Notes: a model not told the origin generated them from the sequence alone. A stretch of DNA of 64,000 bases from Candidatus Krumholzibacteriota bacterium (GCA_963727455.1 CAVSGG010000010.1:99330-163329), one strand, 5' to 3'; numbered from the stretch's first letter, positions 18,155-28,889 are shown. Made by a program: numbers and translations.

Positions 18155-20787
18155 TGGGCACGCGACGGAAGTCCGGCGAGCACACGCCCATGATGGAACA
18201 GTATCTCGGACTGAAGGCCGAACATCCCGACGCGATCCTGCTCTTCCGCATGGGAGATTTCTACGAGACCTTCTTCGAGGACGCCCAGCTGTGCTCGAGA
18301 GTCCTGGGCATCACCCTCACCTCGCGCGAGAAAAAGGGCGGCAATCCCATCCCCCTGGCAGGTATTCCCTTCCATGCCCTCGACCAGTACCTGAAGAAGC
18401 TCTTGGATTCGGGTGCCACCGTCGCGATCTGTGAACAGACCGAAGATCCCGCGCGAGCCAAGGGTCTGGTCCGCCGAGAGGTGGTGGAGATTCTCTCCCC
18501 GGGCACCGTCACCAATCCCGCGCTGCTGGCAAGCGACGAGGGCAGCTACCTTCTCGCCCTTCTGCCCAAGGAGCGCGACTGGGGCTACGCCCTCCTGGAC
18601 GGCAGTACCGGCGAGTTCCTCTGCGGACAGGCCAAGGTGGAGGAGGTCCTGGGTCTGCCGCGGCGCTACCCGGTGGCGGAAATCGTCCTGCCCCAGGAAT
18701 TCGTGGCGGAGGGAAAGGCCCTCGCCGGGGACGGGGCCCTGGAGGGGATCCACGCCACCGGTGTCTCCGAGTTGCTCTTTGAAACTAGTTATGCCACAAG
18801 AACTTTAGAGGATCACTTCAAGCTGAATGGAGTCACTGGTTTGGGGCTGGACGAGGCGGTGCTGGCCACGCGCGCCGCCGGCTGTGCCCTGCGCTATCTC
18901 GCCGACCGGCAACGCAGTCTGCCCGCGCAGGTCTCCGCGCTCACGGTACAGCATGGCGGGGAGCAGCTTTACCTGGACCGGGAGACGGTGGCTCACCTGG
19001 AACTCTTCAGCAGCCTGCAGACCGGAACGCGCGAGGGAACGCTTTTCGCGCAGCTGGATGCCACCAAGACTCCGATGGGCCGCCGCTGTCTGGCGGCCTG
19101 GCTGCGCGCGCCCTTGCGAAACCGATCGAAGATCCAGAGCAGGCTCGACGCGGTCCAGGCGCTGCGGGAAGAGGCCGTGCTCTTGCGCTCGCTGCGCGAG
19201 ACCCTGACCGGAATCGGAGACGTCGAGAGAATTCTCGGGCGCATCGCCACCCGCCGCGCGATGCCCAAGGAACTCGCAAACCTGCGAGCCTCGCTGGCGC
19301 GGGTGCAGGCGATCCACGCGCTACAATGGGCGAAAGATGATCCCATTCTTCAAGAGATTCTGGAGCAGCTCCGCTGCGCGGAAGAATTGAACCGGCCGCT
19401 GATCACGCAACTGACCGAAGACCCGCCGGTGCACTTGCGCAAAGGCGGCATCCTGCGCGAAGGAGTCAATCGTGAGTTGGACGAACTTGCGGATCTGGCA
19501 CGCGGGGGAAAAAAGTGGCTGGCGAACTACCAGGCCCGCGAACGCGAGCGCACGGGAATCAGCTCGCTCAAGGTCGCCTTCAACCGGGTCTTCGGCTACT
19601 ACATCGAAGTCACGCGTGCACACCTGTCCAAAGTCCCGCAGGACTATCAGGAGAAGCAGACGCTGGCCTCCGCGAAGCGCTACGTGACCGAGGATTTGAA
19701 AGAGAGAGAGCGACAGATTTTGAGCGCCGAGGAACGGCGTATCGAACTGGAGAGGAGACTCTATCTCGAGTTGCTCGAGACCCTGGCCGCCTCGCTCGCG
19801 CCGCTTCGCACTCTGGCCGAAGCCCTGGGTCGGCTGGATACCTTGGCTTCGCTGGCCGCGCTGAGTCTGGCGCGCGACTACGTGCGGCCCGAGATCGACG
19901 AGGACGGAACGCTCCTCATCGAAGAGGGGCGGCACCCGGTCGTGGAGAAGCTGGTGCAGGAGCCCTTCGTGCCCAACGACCTGGCAATGAATTCCAGCGA
20001 GCGGCAAATCCTGCTGCTCACCGGACCGAACATGGGCGGCAAGTCGACCTATCTGCGTCAGGCCGCGTTGCTGGTGATCATGGCGCAAATGGGATCCTTC
20101 GTGCCGGCGCGCCGGGCGCGGATTGGTGTAGTGGATCGGCTCTTCACTCGCGTGGGCGCCAGTGACAATCTGGCGCGCGGACAGAGCACCTTTTTAGTTG
20201 AGATGGCCGAATGCGCCAAGATCCTGCGTGGCTCCACCGATCAGAGTCTGGTGATTCTGGACGAGGTGGGCCGGGGAACCTCCACCGACGACGGCTTGGC
20301 TCTGGCCTGGGCCATCACCGAACACCTGCACGACGGTCCCGTGCATCCGAAAGCCCTTTTCGCCACCCATTTTCACGAGCTTACCCAACTCGTGGATCGC
20401 CTGCCGCGTCTGGCCAACATCCAGATGGAAGTACGGGATTGGCAGGGTCAGATTTTGTTCCTGCACAAGGTGATCCCCGGGGCTGGTGACCGGAGCTACG
20501 GGATCCACGTGGCCGAACTGGCGGGTATTCCGCCCTCGGTCCTCCTTCGCGCCCGTGAACTCCTCGACGAGCGCCGCAACGCGCCCGCTCTCACCCCCAG
20601 GCCCGGGCGTCCGCCAGCCAGCGAAGCACTCCAACTGCCTCTCTTCCGCTCGGCGGAACGAGAGGTGCTCGAGCGTCTGCGAGAGACGCAGCCCGAGCGG
20701 TTGCGGCCGGTCGATGCACTCGTGCTTCTGAGCCAGCTCAAGGAGCGCCTGGGGGACTTTTTGGCCGACGCCTCCGAGGACGCCTAA
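18154..20787 (+). CDS. mutS: DNA mismatch repair protein MutS
   Basis: TPMMEQY, LFRMGDFYETF, TGPNMGGKSTY, RVGASDNLARGQSTF, ILDEVGRGTST, SYGIHVA. Confidence 0.97.
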   Translation: MGTRRKSGEHTPMMEQYLGLKAEHPDAILLFRMGDFYETFFEDAQLCSRVLGITLTSREKKGGNPIPLAGIPFHALDQYLKKLLDSGATVAICEQTEDPARAKGLVRREVVEILSPGTVTNPALLASDEGSYLLALLPKERDWGYALLDGSTGEFLCGQAKVEEVLGLPRRYPVAEIVLPQEFVAEGKALAGDGALEGIHATGVSELLFETSYATRTLEDHFKLNGVTGLGLDEAVLATRAAGCALRYLADRQRSLPAQVSALTVQHGGEQLYLDRETVAHLELFSSLQTGTREGTLFAQLDATKTPMGRRCLAAWLRAPLRNRSKIQSRLDAVQALREEAVLLRSLRETLTGIGDVERILGRIATRRAMPKELANLRASLARVQAIHALQWAKDDPILQEILEQLRCAEELNRPLITQLTEDPPVHLRKGGILREGVNRELDELADLARGGKKWLANYQARERERTGISSLKVAFNRVFGYYIEVTRAHLSKVPQDYQEKQTLASAKRYVTEDLKERERQILSAEERRIELERRLYLELLETLAASLAPLRTLAEALGRLDTLASLAALSLARDYVRPEIDEDGTLLIEEGRHPVVEKLVQEPFVPNDLAMNSSERQILLLTGPNMGGKSTYLRQAALLVIMAQMGSFVPARRARIGVVDRLFTRVGASDNLARGQSTFLVEMAECAKILRGSTDQSLVILDEVGRGTSTDDGLALAWAITEHLHDGPVHPKALFATHFHELTQLVDRLPRLANIQMEVRDWQGQILFLHKVIPGAGDRSYGIHVAELAGIPPSVLLRARELLDERRNAPALTPRPGRPPASEALQLPLFRSAEREVLERLRETQPERLRPVDALVLLSQLKERLGDFLADASEDA

Positions 20788-20818
20788 GCCCCTTTGTTTT
20801 CGGCAGTTTAGTCCGTGC

Positions 20819-20834
20819 TGGCACCCTCCTTGCT
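20819..20834 (+). promoter_or_regulatory. Sigma-54 (-24/-12) promoter
   Basis: TGGCAC-CCTCC-TTGCT, an exact match to TGGCAC-N5-TTGC, 55 nt before ATG 20889. Confidence 0.8.
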
Positions 20835-20888
20835 GCGCCGATCATGGTCCACTGTGCCTCAGGGTGGAGGGAGGTGGACGAAATTGCC

Positions 20889-23135
20889 ATGCAAGACATA
20901 GCTAATCCGTTGACTCTCTTGGGGATGGTCGGGGTTCGGGAAGCCGAGATCCCGGTCCTGGCCGAATTGCATCGTGCGGTCGCGGTGCAGATCGTGGGGG
21001 TGTATGACCCGGATCCGAAGGCTCTGGGGCACGAAATCGCCGAAATTTTGGGTATTCCCCACGGTCACACCCCGGAATTCTTGGGCGAACTGGCCAAGGC
21101 GGGACAGGTCGTTCTGAGTCAGGAGCGCGAGCGGATCCAGGACGCGGTGGCCACCCTGCGCAGCGAGAAAGTGCGCCTCCTCGGGCTGCACGAAGCTCTG
21201 GAGTTGTACGGCGAGCCTGGCTGGCCGCCACGCCGCGGGGTAAGAGAAGTGCGAGCGGAGAGCGCTCGCTGGCGCGATTTCGACGACGCCATTCGCTGGT
21301 TGGATCGAGCGCTGGACCGGGAAGAGGTTCTACGCGGTCTCTTGGCCCTGGTGATTCAGGCGGTCGACGCCGACAGCGGGAGCATCCAGCTCCTCAACCA
21401 TGCTACGAAGGAACTCTACATCGCCTACGCCGAGGGTCTGAGCGACCATACCATTCGGACCAGCCGACGTCGCCTGGGAGAGGGTATCAGCGGACGGGTG
21501 GCCTTGAGCGGCGAAGGCGAACTCATCGAAGGACAACCTACCGCGGCACGGGAACGTGACCGTTGCGACATCAAGAGCGCGATCTGTGTGCCGTTGCTCG
21601 ACGACGACTTGACCCTCGGGGTCACCAACGTCTCGCGCGACCGCGGGTCCACTTCGTTCTCGGCCGCCGACCTTGCCAAGGTGCAGCGCATGGCGGCGCG
21701 CATCACTCCCGTGCTGTCACATCTACTCGAGATCCAGTCCTACCACGAACGCGCCCTGGTCAACGATCTAGAACGCGGTCTCGACCGGCTTCTGCAAATG
21801 GAGCTGCCTGTCTCCCAGGCCCTCGGACTCATCCGCAGTCTCCTGCACGATCTGTCCGGCGCGGAGAGCTGCCAACTGATCATCTTGGGAGGGGGAGGGC
21901 CGGCGCTGCGCGTCCTCTCTGGGGAGGATGAAGAGGGGGAACCCTATCTGGTTCGCGACGCGGACCCGCAGAGTGGAATTCTGGCCCAGGTTCTTTTGAC
22001 TTCGGAAGTGGTGATCCTCGAGGAGAGGTTCCGTCCCGCTGGACGCACGCGAGCCCGGCGCTACTCCACTCTTTACGTTCCGCTCGGTCCTCCGGAGTGT
22101 TTCGCGGTGCTCATCACGGACTTCGAAGGTCTCTCCGCGCTGAGTCACTTCCAACGCAACTTGAGCCAGGTGCAAGCGGTGGTAACCGCGCGTCTGGGCA
22201 CGCTCTTGGCGCGGGAGGAGGGGCGCGCGCGCATGGAGCGTCTGCAGGCCCTGGCGCGGGAGCTGAGTCGAGTGGGTTCGCTTCCCTTCGGCGAACGCTC
22301 CGCTCGTGTGGCCAGCGCATTCATGGAACTCAGTGGCGCTGCCGCAGTCGCAGTCTACCAAGGATGGGGCGAGGCACCTACCGTTTGGCGTGGCGTGGAC
22401 AAGCTACCCGAGTGTGACCCTCAGGAGTTGTGGAGAGAATATTCGCAGCGCATTCAGGACGAAGAGTCCGTGCGTTTGCGGGGCTTCGAATCCTCGGGCG
22501 GAAAAGTGAAGAACTGGTTGGTGGTTCTCGAGGCGGACCAGCGCGTTCTCATCGCCTTCGACCGCAAGCCCAAGAGTGCGCTGGAAGAGCGCGGGTTCAG
22601 TGAGGAAGATGCGGACATGGCGGCTCTGCTCTTGGGAACCCTTCCCGCGCAAGAGGCGCTGCCGCAAGAACGGCTCATGGCTGCCGCAAGCAAGCCGACA
22701 GCGGCGCAGCAAGGCGCAGAAGTCCACGATATCACGGCGAACCGTCTACTCTTGCGCGAAGCGCTCGAACGGGAACTGCAGCGCGCACAGCGTTACCACG
22801 TCGGGTTCTCCCTGACCTGCTTCCAGGTCGATGCCCCACAGGCCAAGCCAGAATTCCACCAGCGTCTCATGGAAGTTGTACTCGGTGCGGCGCGCTCGAC
22901 GGATTGCGTGCTCTTCATCGCCCACAACCGATTCGCGGTCCTCGCCCCGGAGGAAGCCAGGGGGCAGCGGCGGCTGGCCCGGCGCTATCGCTATCTCATC
23001 GAGAAGCTGCTTGGCGAACTCGGAGGAGCAGGGACGGACCTGCGCATCGACCACGCGCGCTATCCCCACGATGCCGAAACCCCCGACGAAATTCTGCAAG
23101 AGGCGCAAAAGGCCCTGGATCCCGCGGTGGATTGA
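20889..23135 (+). CDS. Multi-GAF sensor with C-terminal degenerate GGDEF domain (putative c-di-GMP receptor)
   Basis: GAF motifs (LGEGISGRVA, SAICVPL, LGVTNV); C-terminal LERELQRAQRY..GFSL, RSTD-x5-AHNRF in place of RxxD-x5-GGDEF, ARYPHDAETPDEIL. Confidence 0.7.
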   Translation: MQDIANPLTLLGMVGVREAEIPVLAELHRAVAVQIVGVYDPDPKALGHEIAEILGIPHGHTPEFLGELAKAGQVVLSQERERIQDAVATLRSEKVRLLGLHEALELYGEPGWPPRRGVREVRAESARWRDFDDAIRWLDRALDREEVLRGLLALVIQAVDADSGSIQLLNHATKELYIAYAEGLSDHTIRTSRRRLGEGISGRVALSGEGELIEGQPTAARERDRCDIKSAICVPLLDDDLTLGVTNVSRDRGSTSFSAADLAKVQRMAARITPVLSHLLEIQSYHERALVNDLERGLDRLLQMELPVSQALGLIRSLLHDLSGAESCQLIILGGGGPALRVLSGEDEEGEPYLVRDADPQSGILAQVLLTSEVVILEERFRPAGRTRARRYSTLYVPLGPPECFAVLITDFEGLSALSHFQRNLSQVQAVVTARLGTLLAREEGRARMERLQALARELSRVGSLPFGERSARVASAFMELSGAAAVAVYQGWGEAPTVWRGVDKLPECDPQELWREYSQRIQDEESVRLRGFESSGGKVKNWLVVLEADQRVLIAFDRKPKSALEERGFSEEDADMAALLLGTLPAQEALPQERLMAAASKPTAAQQGAEVHDITANRLLLREALERELQRAQRYHVGFSLTCFQVDAPQAKPEFHQRLMEVVLGAARSTDCVLFIAHNRFAVLAPEEARGQRRLARRYRYLIEKLLGELGGAGTDLRIDHARYPHDAETPDEILQEAQKALDPAVD

Positions 23136-23160
23136 CAGCGACCCCTCCTCAGCGTAGTGT
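23132..23160 (+). promoter_or_regulatory. Sigma-70-type promoter of mutL-miaA
   Basis: TTGACA-17 nt-TAGTGT; the -35 contains the upstream stop codon. Confidence 0.6.
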
Positions 23161-23243
23161 GAGCCTCACCGGTGCACCGGAATTTTCGCCTGTGCCGACC
23201 AACTCCAACTCACACGATCACAAGTGCTTCAGGGATTATCTTC

Positions 23244-25073
23244 GTGAATGCTCCTAACGCTGAGCGTCGTCCGATCCGCCTTTTGGATCCCTCCTGCGTC
23301 GACCGTATCGCGGCCGGCGAGGTGGTGGAACGCCCGGCCTCGGCGGTCAAGGAACTGGTGGAAAACGCTCTGGATGCCGGTGCGCGCCACATCGTGATCC
23401 GGCTGAAGCATGGTGGGCTCGAGGAAATTACGGTGGAGGATGACGGGAGCGGGATCCCGGTGCGGGAAGTGCCCCTGGCGGTGGAGGCGCACGCGACCTC
23501 GAAAATCGCCGGCAGCGGCGATCTGCTCGCGGTGCATTCCTTCGGCTTCCGTGGCGAAGCGCTGGCGTCCATTGCTTCGGTGAGCCGCTTCTCCCTGCGC
23601 TCGCGCGCCGCCGAGGAGGATCTTGGTACGCGCCTCGATCTGGTGGGGGGACGCATCGAGCGCAAGGAAGCCTTGGCGAGACATCCGGGTACCAGCGTCA
23701 CTGCCTGCGACCTCTTCTTCAATCTGCCGGCGCGCCGCCAATTCTTGAAGGGGGAATCCAGCGAGAACAGAGCGGTAACACAGGTGGTCACCGCCCTCGC
23801 TCTGGCGCACCCGGAGGTCGCATTTCGTCTGGAGTCCTCCGGGCGTGTGAGCCTGGATCTTCCCAGCGCGCTCGATTTGGAGACGCGAGTTCACGGAGTC
23901 TTCGGGTCCTCGGTAGCCGAGCATCTGCGGCGTTTCGAAGCGCAAGTTCAAGGAATCCGCGTGGAGGGGCTGTGCAGTCTTCCCACCTACACCCGCGGCA
24001 ACCGGACGGGACAGTTTGTCTTCGTGAATCGGCGCAACGTGAACGACAAGGGTCTGAGCCACGCCATTCAGCACGCCTATCGTGAGGTCATTCCCGCCGG
24101 GCGTTTTCCCCTGGTGCTGCTCTTTTTGGAAGTGTCGCCCTCGCGCGTGGACGTGAACATCCATCCCACCAAAGCGGAAATCCGCCTGCGCGATTCCGGA
24201 ACCGCGCACGAGCTCGTCCGTCACGCGATTCAGGACGCCCTTGCCCTGCGAAGTGAGAGCAGGGGAAGAACGGCGCACGAGACGACGAGGGTAGAGGACG
24301 AGGCCATGGAGCACCTGCGGCGTACCGCGGAGGAGGTGTTTCGGCACGGACCTACCGAGGGACATTCCACTTCTTACGGACCGGCGTGGAGTCGCAGCAA
24401 GGAGGCGCCCACTCTCTTCGAGGGTGATCGCTCTGCGCAGCCAGAGGGCGGCTTCGTGCCCCAGGGCGCACCGGTCGATCCCGGCCTGGGACAGAGTTTG
24501 GATATTTCGGCCGGACTGTTCTGGCAGCTGCACTCCACCTTCATCCTCACGCAGATTCGCGGGGCGTTGGTGATCGTCGATCAGCACAACAGCCACGAGC
24601 GGATCCTCTACAACGAGGGGAAGCGCGCGGTGGAGGGGAGGGCGGCCGCCGTCCAGCAGCTGCTCTTTCCCTGCACCCTCGAGCTTTCGCCCACCGAGCT
24701 ATCGGCCTACGAAGTGCATCGTGGCGATTTGGAACGCATGGGTTTTCTCACCGAGGCTTTCGGGGGCTCCACCGTCCTGGTGCGCGGGATACCCAACGAA
24801 CTGCGGAACTGGAACGATGGAGCCCTGCTGCGCGATATCTTGGTCGATCTCGCCGAGAGCGGGCGCGGAGGTAGCGATCCGAAGGAAGCGATTCTCGCCT
24901 CGTATGCCTGCCACGGCGCAATTCGCGCCGGCGAGAGACTGACCCTTCCGGAGATGCAGGCGCTCATGGACCGTCTTTTCGCGACCGAGCTTCCATACTC
25001 TTGTCCCCACGGGCGGCCGACCTTGATCAAGATCGGGCTGCAGGAGTTGGAACGGCGCTTCGGAAGACGTTGA
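23244..25073 (+). CDS. mutL: DNA mismatch repair endonuclease MutL
   Basis: IAAGEVVERPASAVKELVENALDAG, GFRGEALASI, DVNIHPTK, DQHNSHERILYN, CPHGRP. Confidence 0.96.
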   Translation: MNAPNAERRPIRLLDPSCVDRIAAGEVVERPASAVKELVENALDAGARHIVIRLKHGGLEEITVEDDGSGIPVREVPLAVEAHATSKIAGSGDLLAVHSFGFRGEALASIASVSRFSLRSRAAEEDLGTRLDLVGGRIERKEALARHPGTSVTACDLFFNLPARRQFLKGESSENRAVTQVVTALALAHPEVAFRLESSGRVSLDLPSALDLETRVHGVFGSSVAEHLRRFEAQVQGIRVEGLCSLPTYTRGNRTGQFVFVNRRNVNDKGLSHAIQHAYREVIPAGRFPLVLLFLEVSPSRVDVNIHPTKAEIRLRDSGTAHELVRHAIQDALALRSESRGRTAHETTRVEDEAMEHLRRTAEEVFRHGPTEGHSTSYGPAWSRSKEAPTLFEGDRSAQPEGGFVPQGAPVDPGLGQSLDISAGLFWQLHSTFILTQIRGALVIVDQHNSHERILYNEGKRAVEGRAAAVQQLLFPCTLELSPTELSAYEVHRGDLERMGFLTEAFGGSTVLVRGIPNELRNWNDGALLRDILVDLAESGRGGSDPKEAILASYACHGAIRAGERLTLPEMQALMDRLFATELPYSCPHGRPTLIKIGLQELERRFGRR

Positions 25074-25076
25074 GTG

Positions 25077-26019
25077 ATGCGACCCGGTGCATCGAGTTTG
25101 ATTGTTCTCGTGGGCGCCACCGCCAGCGGAAAGACTCGTCTAGCTCTGGAGCTGGCACGAGAATTCGAGTCTCCTCTCGAACTTATTTCTCTCGACTCGC
25201 GGCAGATCTATCGCGGCCTCGACCTGGGGACGGGAAAGCCGAGCCCGCAGGAACGAAAAGCCCTGCCTCATCATCTCGTGGACATCATCGATCCCGACGA
25301 ACGCTTCGACGCAGGACGTTACCGGCGACGTGTCGAGGAGCTCCTGCCAAGACTCTACGAGCGCGGAGTGACTCCCATGGTGGTGGGGGGAGCAGGCTTC
25401 TATTTGCGAGCGCTGCAGGAGGGTTTTTTCGATCTGCCCGAGGACCCCGAACTCTTGGCCGAACTGCGCCGCGAGTGGAAGTCGCTTTCGGGGGAAGAAC
25501 TCAGGAGCAGGTTGCACGAGGTGGATCCCGAGCGCGCGGCGCAACTGCACCCCAACGACCGCTACCGTCTGGAGCGCGCACTGGAGATTCACGCGCTCAG
25601 TGGAAAAAGCATGAGCGAGCTCACGAAGCAGTTCCGGCCGCGCCCCGTTTTGGGACTGAGCTTGCGCATCTTCCATCTGCAGGAAACGCGCTGGAAGTTG
25701 CACGCGAAGATCGCCCGCCGCGCCGAGCAATGGTTGCACGGAGGATGGATCGAAGAGACGCGCGCACTCTTGCAGGAGGGATGGGGGGAGGATTCCCCGG
25801 GACTTTCGATCCTGGGCTACCGGGAGATCGTTTCGTTTCTGAAGAACCCGAGGGAGAGCGAGCAGCTGCTTCGAGCGGATCCTCGTCTCCACCCGCCGCT
25901 ACGCGCGACAGCAGGAGATTTGGTTCCGTAAGACGGAAGTGGAGCTGAGAGCGACGCCGGAGAATCCCGCCCTGAAGAGCCAGCTCCTAGCCGCTCTGCG
26001 AGAATCCGCAGCCTCTTGA
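25077..26019 (+). CDS. miaA: tRNA dimethylallyltransferase, with an apparent +1 frameshift at ~25870
   Basis: GATASGKT, DSRQIYRGLDLGTGKP, VGGAGFYL, HPND.YR..RALE; the conserved C-terminal TRRYARQQEIWFR lies in the next frame, ending TGA 26017-26019. Confidence 0.88.
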
Positions 26020-26044
26020 CACCCCCTGGTGCCCTTGCTAGCTT
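26016..26044 (+). promoter_or_regulatory. Sigma-70-type promoter of tRNA-Gly
   Basis: TTGACA-17 nt-TAGCTT with TG extension. Confidence 0.65.
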
Positions 26045-26079
26045 CCCAGCCTGCCTTGCCGCCCGCGGAGGGGCAGCGA

Positions 26080-26159
<80 letters not shown>

Positions 26160-26245
26160 CTCCCGCCTTTCTTGCGCATCGTTGCCAGTCCGCGGCGTGA
26201 CGTCTATCATCAAGACCCGCATTGGCCCGTTCCCGAGGAAATCCA

Positions 26246-27565
26246 GTGATCGCTCTTCAGTGCGCTCCCGCAGACGGAATCTTGCCGGGCTACAACTGGC
26301 GTGAAGGCGATCGTCTGGTGCGCATCGGCGACAGCCCCATCGAGGACATTCTCGATTTCTACTATCTGGGAGAAGATTCCGCGCGCCTGGATGTCGCCAT
26401 CCTGGATTGCGATGGCCGTTCCCTTTCCTTCGATCTCAAGGCAGAGGACCTGACTCTTCTGGCCGAGTCCTTCGCACCGCTGGAGTTCAGGACCTGCGCT
26501 TGCCGCTGTGTCTTTTGCTTCATCGACCAGAACCCCCAGGGACTCCGCAAACAGATCTACGTGAAGGACGAGGATTACCGTCTCAGTTTTCTCTACGGGA
26601 ACTACATCACCTTGACCAGTCTGGGGCGGCGTGGATTGCGCCGGGTACTCGAGCAGAAGCTGAGTCCACTCTTCGTCTCGGTGCACGCCACCGACCTCGA
26701 GGTGCGCACGAAACTCCTGGGAATCAAACGACGCATCGACGTGCTCGCCATCTTGCGCGAACTCACCAGCAATGGAATCGAAGTGCACTGTCAAATCGTG
26801 TTGTGTCCCGGCTGGAACGACGGTAAGGTTCTCGATCAGACGGTAATGGATTTGGGCGCGCTCTTTCCCGGTGTTGCCTCGATCGCCGTCGTCCCCGTCG
26901 GATTGAGTGATCACCGCGAGGGGCTTCCCGAACTCAGTCCGGTGACGAAGAGTGACGCACGCAGCGCGCTGGGACAACTACGGAACTGGCAGGACCGATT
27001 TCTCGCGCGCTACGGAGAGCGCCTGGTCTATCTCAGCGACGAGTTCTATCTGCGCGCCGAATTGCCGTTTCCTCCGCGAGCTTTCTACGCGGACATGCCG
27101 CAGGAGGACAATGGAATCGGACAGGCGCGGGCTCTCTTGGAAGAGATTCGCGAGGCCGCATCCAGACTCGCCAAAGCATCGAGCGAGAAGCGCACCGTCA
27201 CCGTTCTCACCGGCAGTCTGGGAGCGGCGTTTTTCCAGCGGGACCTGATGCCCCTGCTTCAAGAAATCGAGTGGCTCGAGCTGCGCGTGGTGGGTATCGA
27301 AAACCGGCTCTACGGGAAGGGGATCACGGTGGTGGGCCTCTTGCCCGGACGCGACTTCGCCGACACCATCGCAAATCTTCCCACCGATTGCGGCCAGGTG
27401 CTTCTGCCGGACTCTCCGCTCAATCACGAGGACCTCTTTCTGGACGGGATGAGCCTCGAGGAGTTGCTGCAGAATGCGGCGCATCCGGTCACGGTGGCAC
27501 GCGAAGGACTGGTGGAAGCGCTGCTCGAGGTCGCGGCGCAATCCCCAGCGTCCAAGAGGGCTTGA
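26246..27565 (+). CDS. DUF512/TIGR03279-type radical-SAM Fe-S protein with PDZ-like N-terminus
   Basis: CACRCVFCFIDQNPQGLRKQIYVKDEDYRLSFLYGNYITLT, LSPLFVSVHAT, QIVLCPGWNDG, QEDNGIG; upstream of der. Confidence 0.85.
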   Translation: MIALQCAPADGILPGYNWREGDRLVRIGDSPIEDILDFYYLGEDSARLDVAILDCDGRSLSFDLKAEDLTLLAESFAPLEFRTCACRCVFCFIDQNPQGLRKQIYVKDEDYRLSFLYGNYITLTSLGRRGLRRVLEQKLSPLFVSVHATDLEVRTKLLGIKRRIDVLAILRELTSNGIEVHCQIVLCPGWNDGKVLDQTVMDLGALFPGVASIAVVPVGLSDHREGLPELSPVTKSDARSALGQLRNWQDRFLARYGERLVYLSDEFYLRAELPFPPRAFYADMPQEDNGIGQARALLEEIREAASRLAKASSEKRTVTVLTGSLGAAFFQRDLMPLLQEIEWLELRVVGIENRLYGKGITVVGLLPGRDFADTIANLPTDCGQVLLPDSPLNHEDLFLDGMSLEELLQNAAHPVTVAREGLVEALLEVAAQSPASKRA

Positions 27566-27566
27566 G

Positions 27567-28889
27567 ATGAACTCCTCATTGGTTGCCATCGTGGGCCGGC
27601 CCAATGTGGGCAAGTCGACCCTCTTCAATCGCATCACGCGTTCGCGATCCGCGGTGGTACACGAGAGTGCGGGGGTGACGCGCGATCGTCACATTCGACC
27701 CGCCGAATGGAGCGGGCATCACTTCACCCTCGCGGACACCGGAGGCATCATTCCCTTCGAAGAGGGCACACCCTTCGAGCGGGAGATTGCCGAGGTTGCT
27801 CGTGCCACCATGAAGATGGCCGACCTCGTCCTCTTCGTGGTGGAAGTAGGCAGCGGCATTACCGCCTACGACCAGGCGCTCGCCTCCGAGCTGCACCGAC
27901 TGGATCAGCCGGTCCACCTGGTGGTGAACAAGGTGGACAAGGAACTGGACCAACTGGAGGCGGCGGAATTTTACGCTCTGGGCTTTCCCGTCCTACATCA
28001 AATTTCCGCTCTGCACGGAAGGGGAGTGGGCGACCTTCTGGATGCCGTGGTAGGGGCTCTTCCGGCACGCGAGTTCAAGCAAGAAAGCGCGCTGCATTTG
28101 GCCCTGGTGGGCCGACCCAACGTGGGCAAGAGCAGCCTGTTGAACGCGCTGACCGGGTCCACCAACAGTCTGGTGAGTGAGGTGCCCGGAACCACGCGGG
28201 ACGCGGTGGACAGCCGCATCCGCTGGCACGGGAAGGACCTGGTCCTGGTGGACACGGCCGGAATCCGACGTCGCTTCAAACACAACAAGGGAGTGGAGTA
28301 CTTTTCGGTACTGCGCTCGATCCAGGCCATCCAACGTTGCGAGGTGGCGGTGCTGCTCCTGGACGCCACCGAGGGAGTGGTGGCCCAAGACGCGCGCGTG
28401 GCCAGCGAGATCCACGCTGCAGGCAAGGGCGCCCTCATCGCGGTGAACAAGTGGGACGCCATCGAAAAGGACACCATGAGCTTCAAGCGCTTCAGCGACC
28501 GGATCCGCGAGGATCTGGCGTTTCTGAGCTATGCGCCGGTGATCTCGATATCCGCGCTCCAAGGCACGCGGACGCAGCGGATTCTGGAGACGGCCTGGGA
28601 AGTGGCCCGCGAACGTGAGAAAATGGTTGAAACAAGCCGCCTAAACAGCATACTGGAGGCCGCAAAGCAAAAGAATCCCCCGCCAATGCACCAGCGCGGG
28701 ACGGGGAAAATCTACTACGCGACGCAGACGGGTACCGCACCCCCGGTCTTCACGCTTTTTGTCAACCGGAGTGCCTATTTCCCGAGAAACTATCTGCGTT
28801 ACCTGAACAATCGTATCCGTGAGGCGGCGGGATTCTCCGGCACCCGGATCCACCTCGCCCTCCGTGAGAAGGAGAGAGCCCGCAGATGA
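27567..28889 (+). CDS. der: Ribosome biogenesis GTPase Der
   Basis: Two GTPase domains (GRPNVGKS twice, DTGG/DTAG, NKVD/NKWD) and a KH-like C-terminus. Confidence 0.96.
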   Translation: MNSSLVAIVGRPNVGKSTLFNRITRSRSAVVHESAGVTRDRHIRPAEWSGHHFTLADTGGIIPFEEGTPFEREIAEVARATMKMADLVLFVVEVGSGITAYDQALASELHRLDQPVHLVVNKVDKELDQLEAAEFYALGFPVLHQISALHGRGVGDLLDAVVGALPAREFKQESALHLALVGRPNVGKSSLLNALTGSTNSLVSEVPGTTRDAVDSRIRWHGKDLVLVDTAGIRRRFKHNKGVEYFSVLRSIQAIQRCEVAVLLLDATEGVVAQDARVASEIHAAGKGALIAVNKWDAIEKDTMSFKRFSDRIREDLAFLSYAPVISISALQGTRTQRILETAWEVAREREKMVETSRLNSILEAAKQKNPPPMHQRGTGKIYYATQTGTAPPVFTLFVNRSAYFPRNYLRYLNNRIREAAGFSGTRIHLALREKERARR

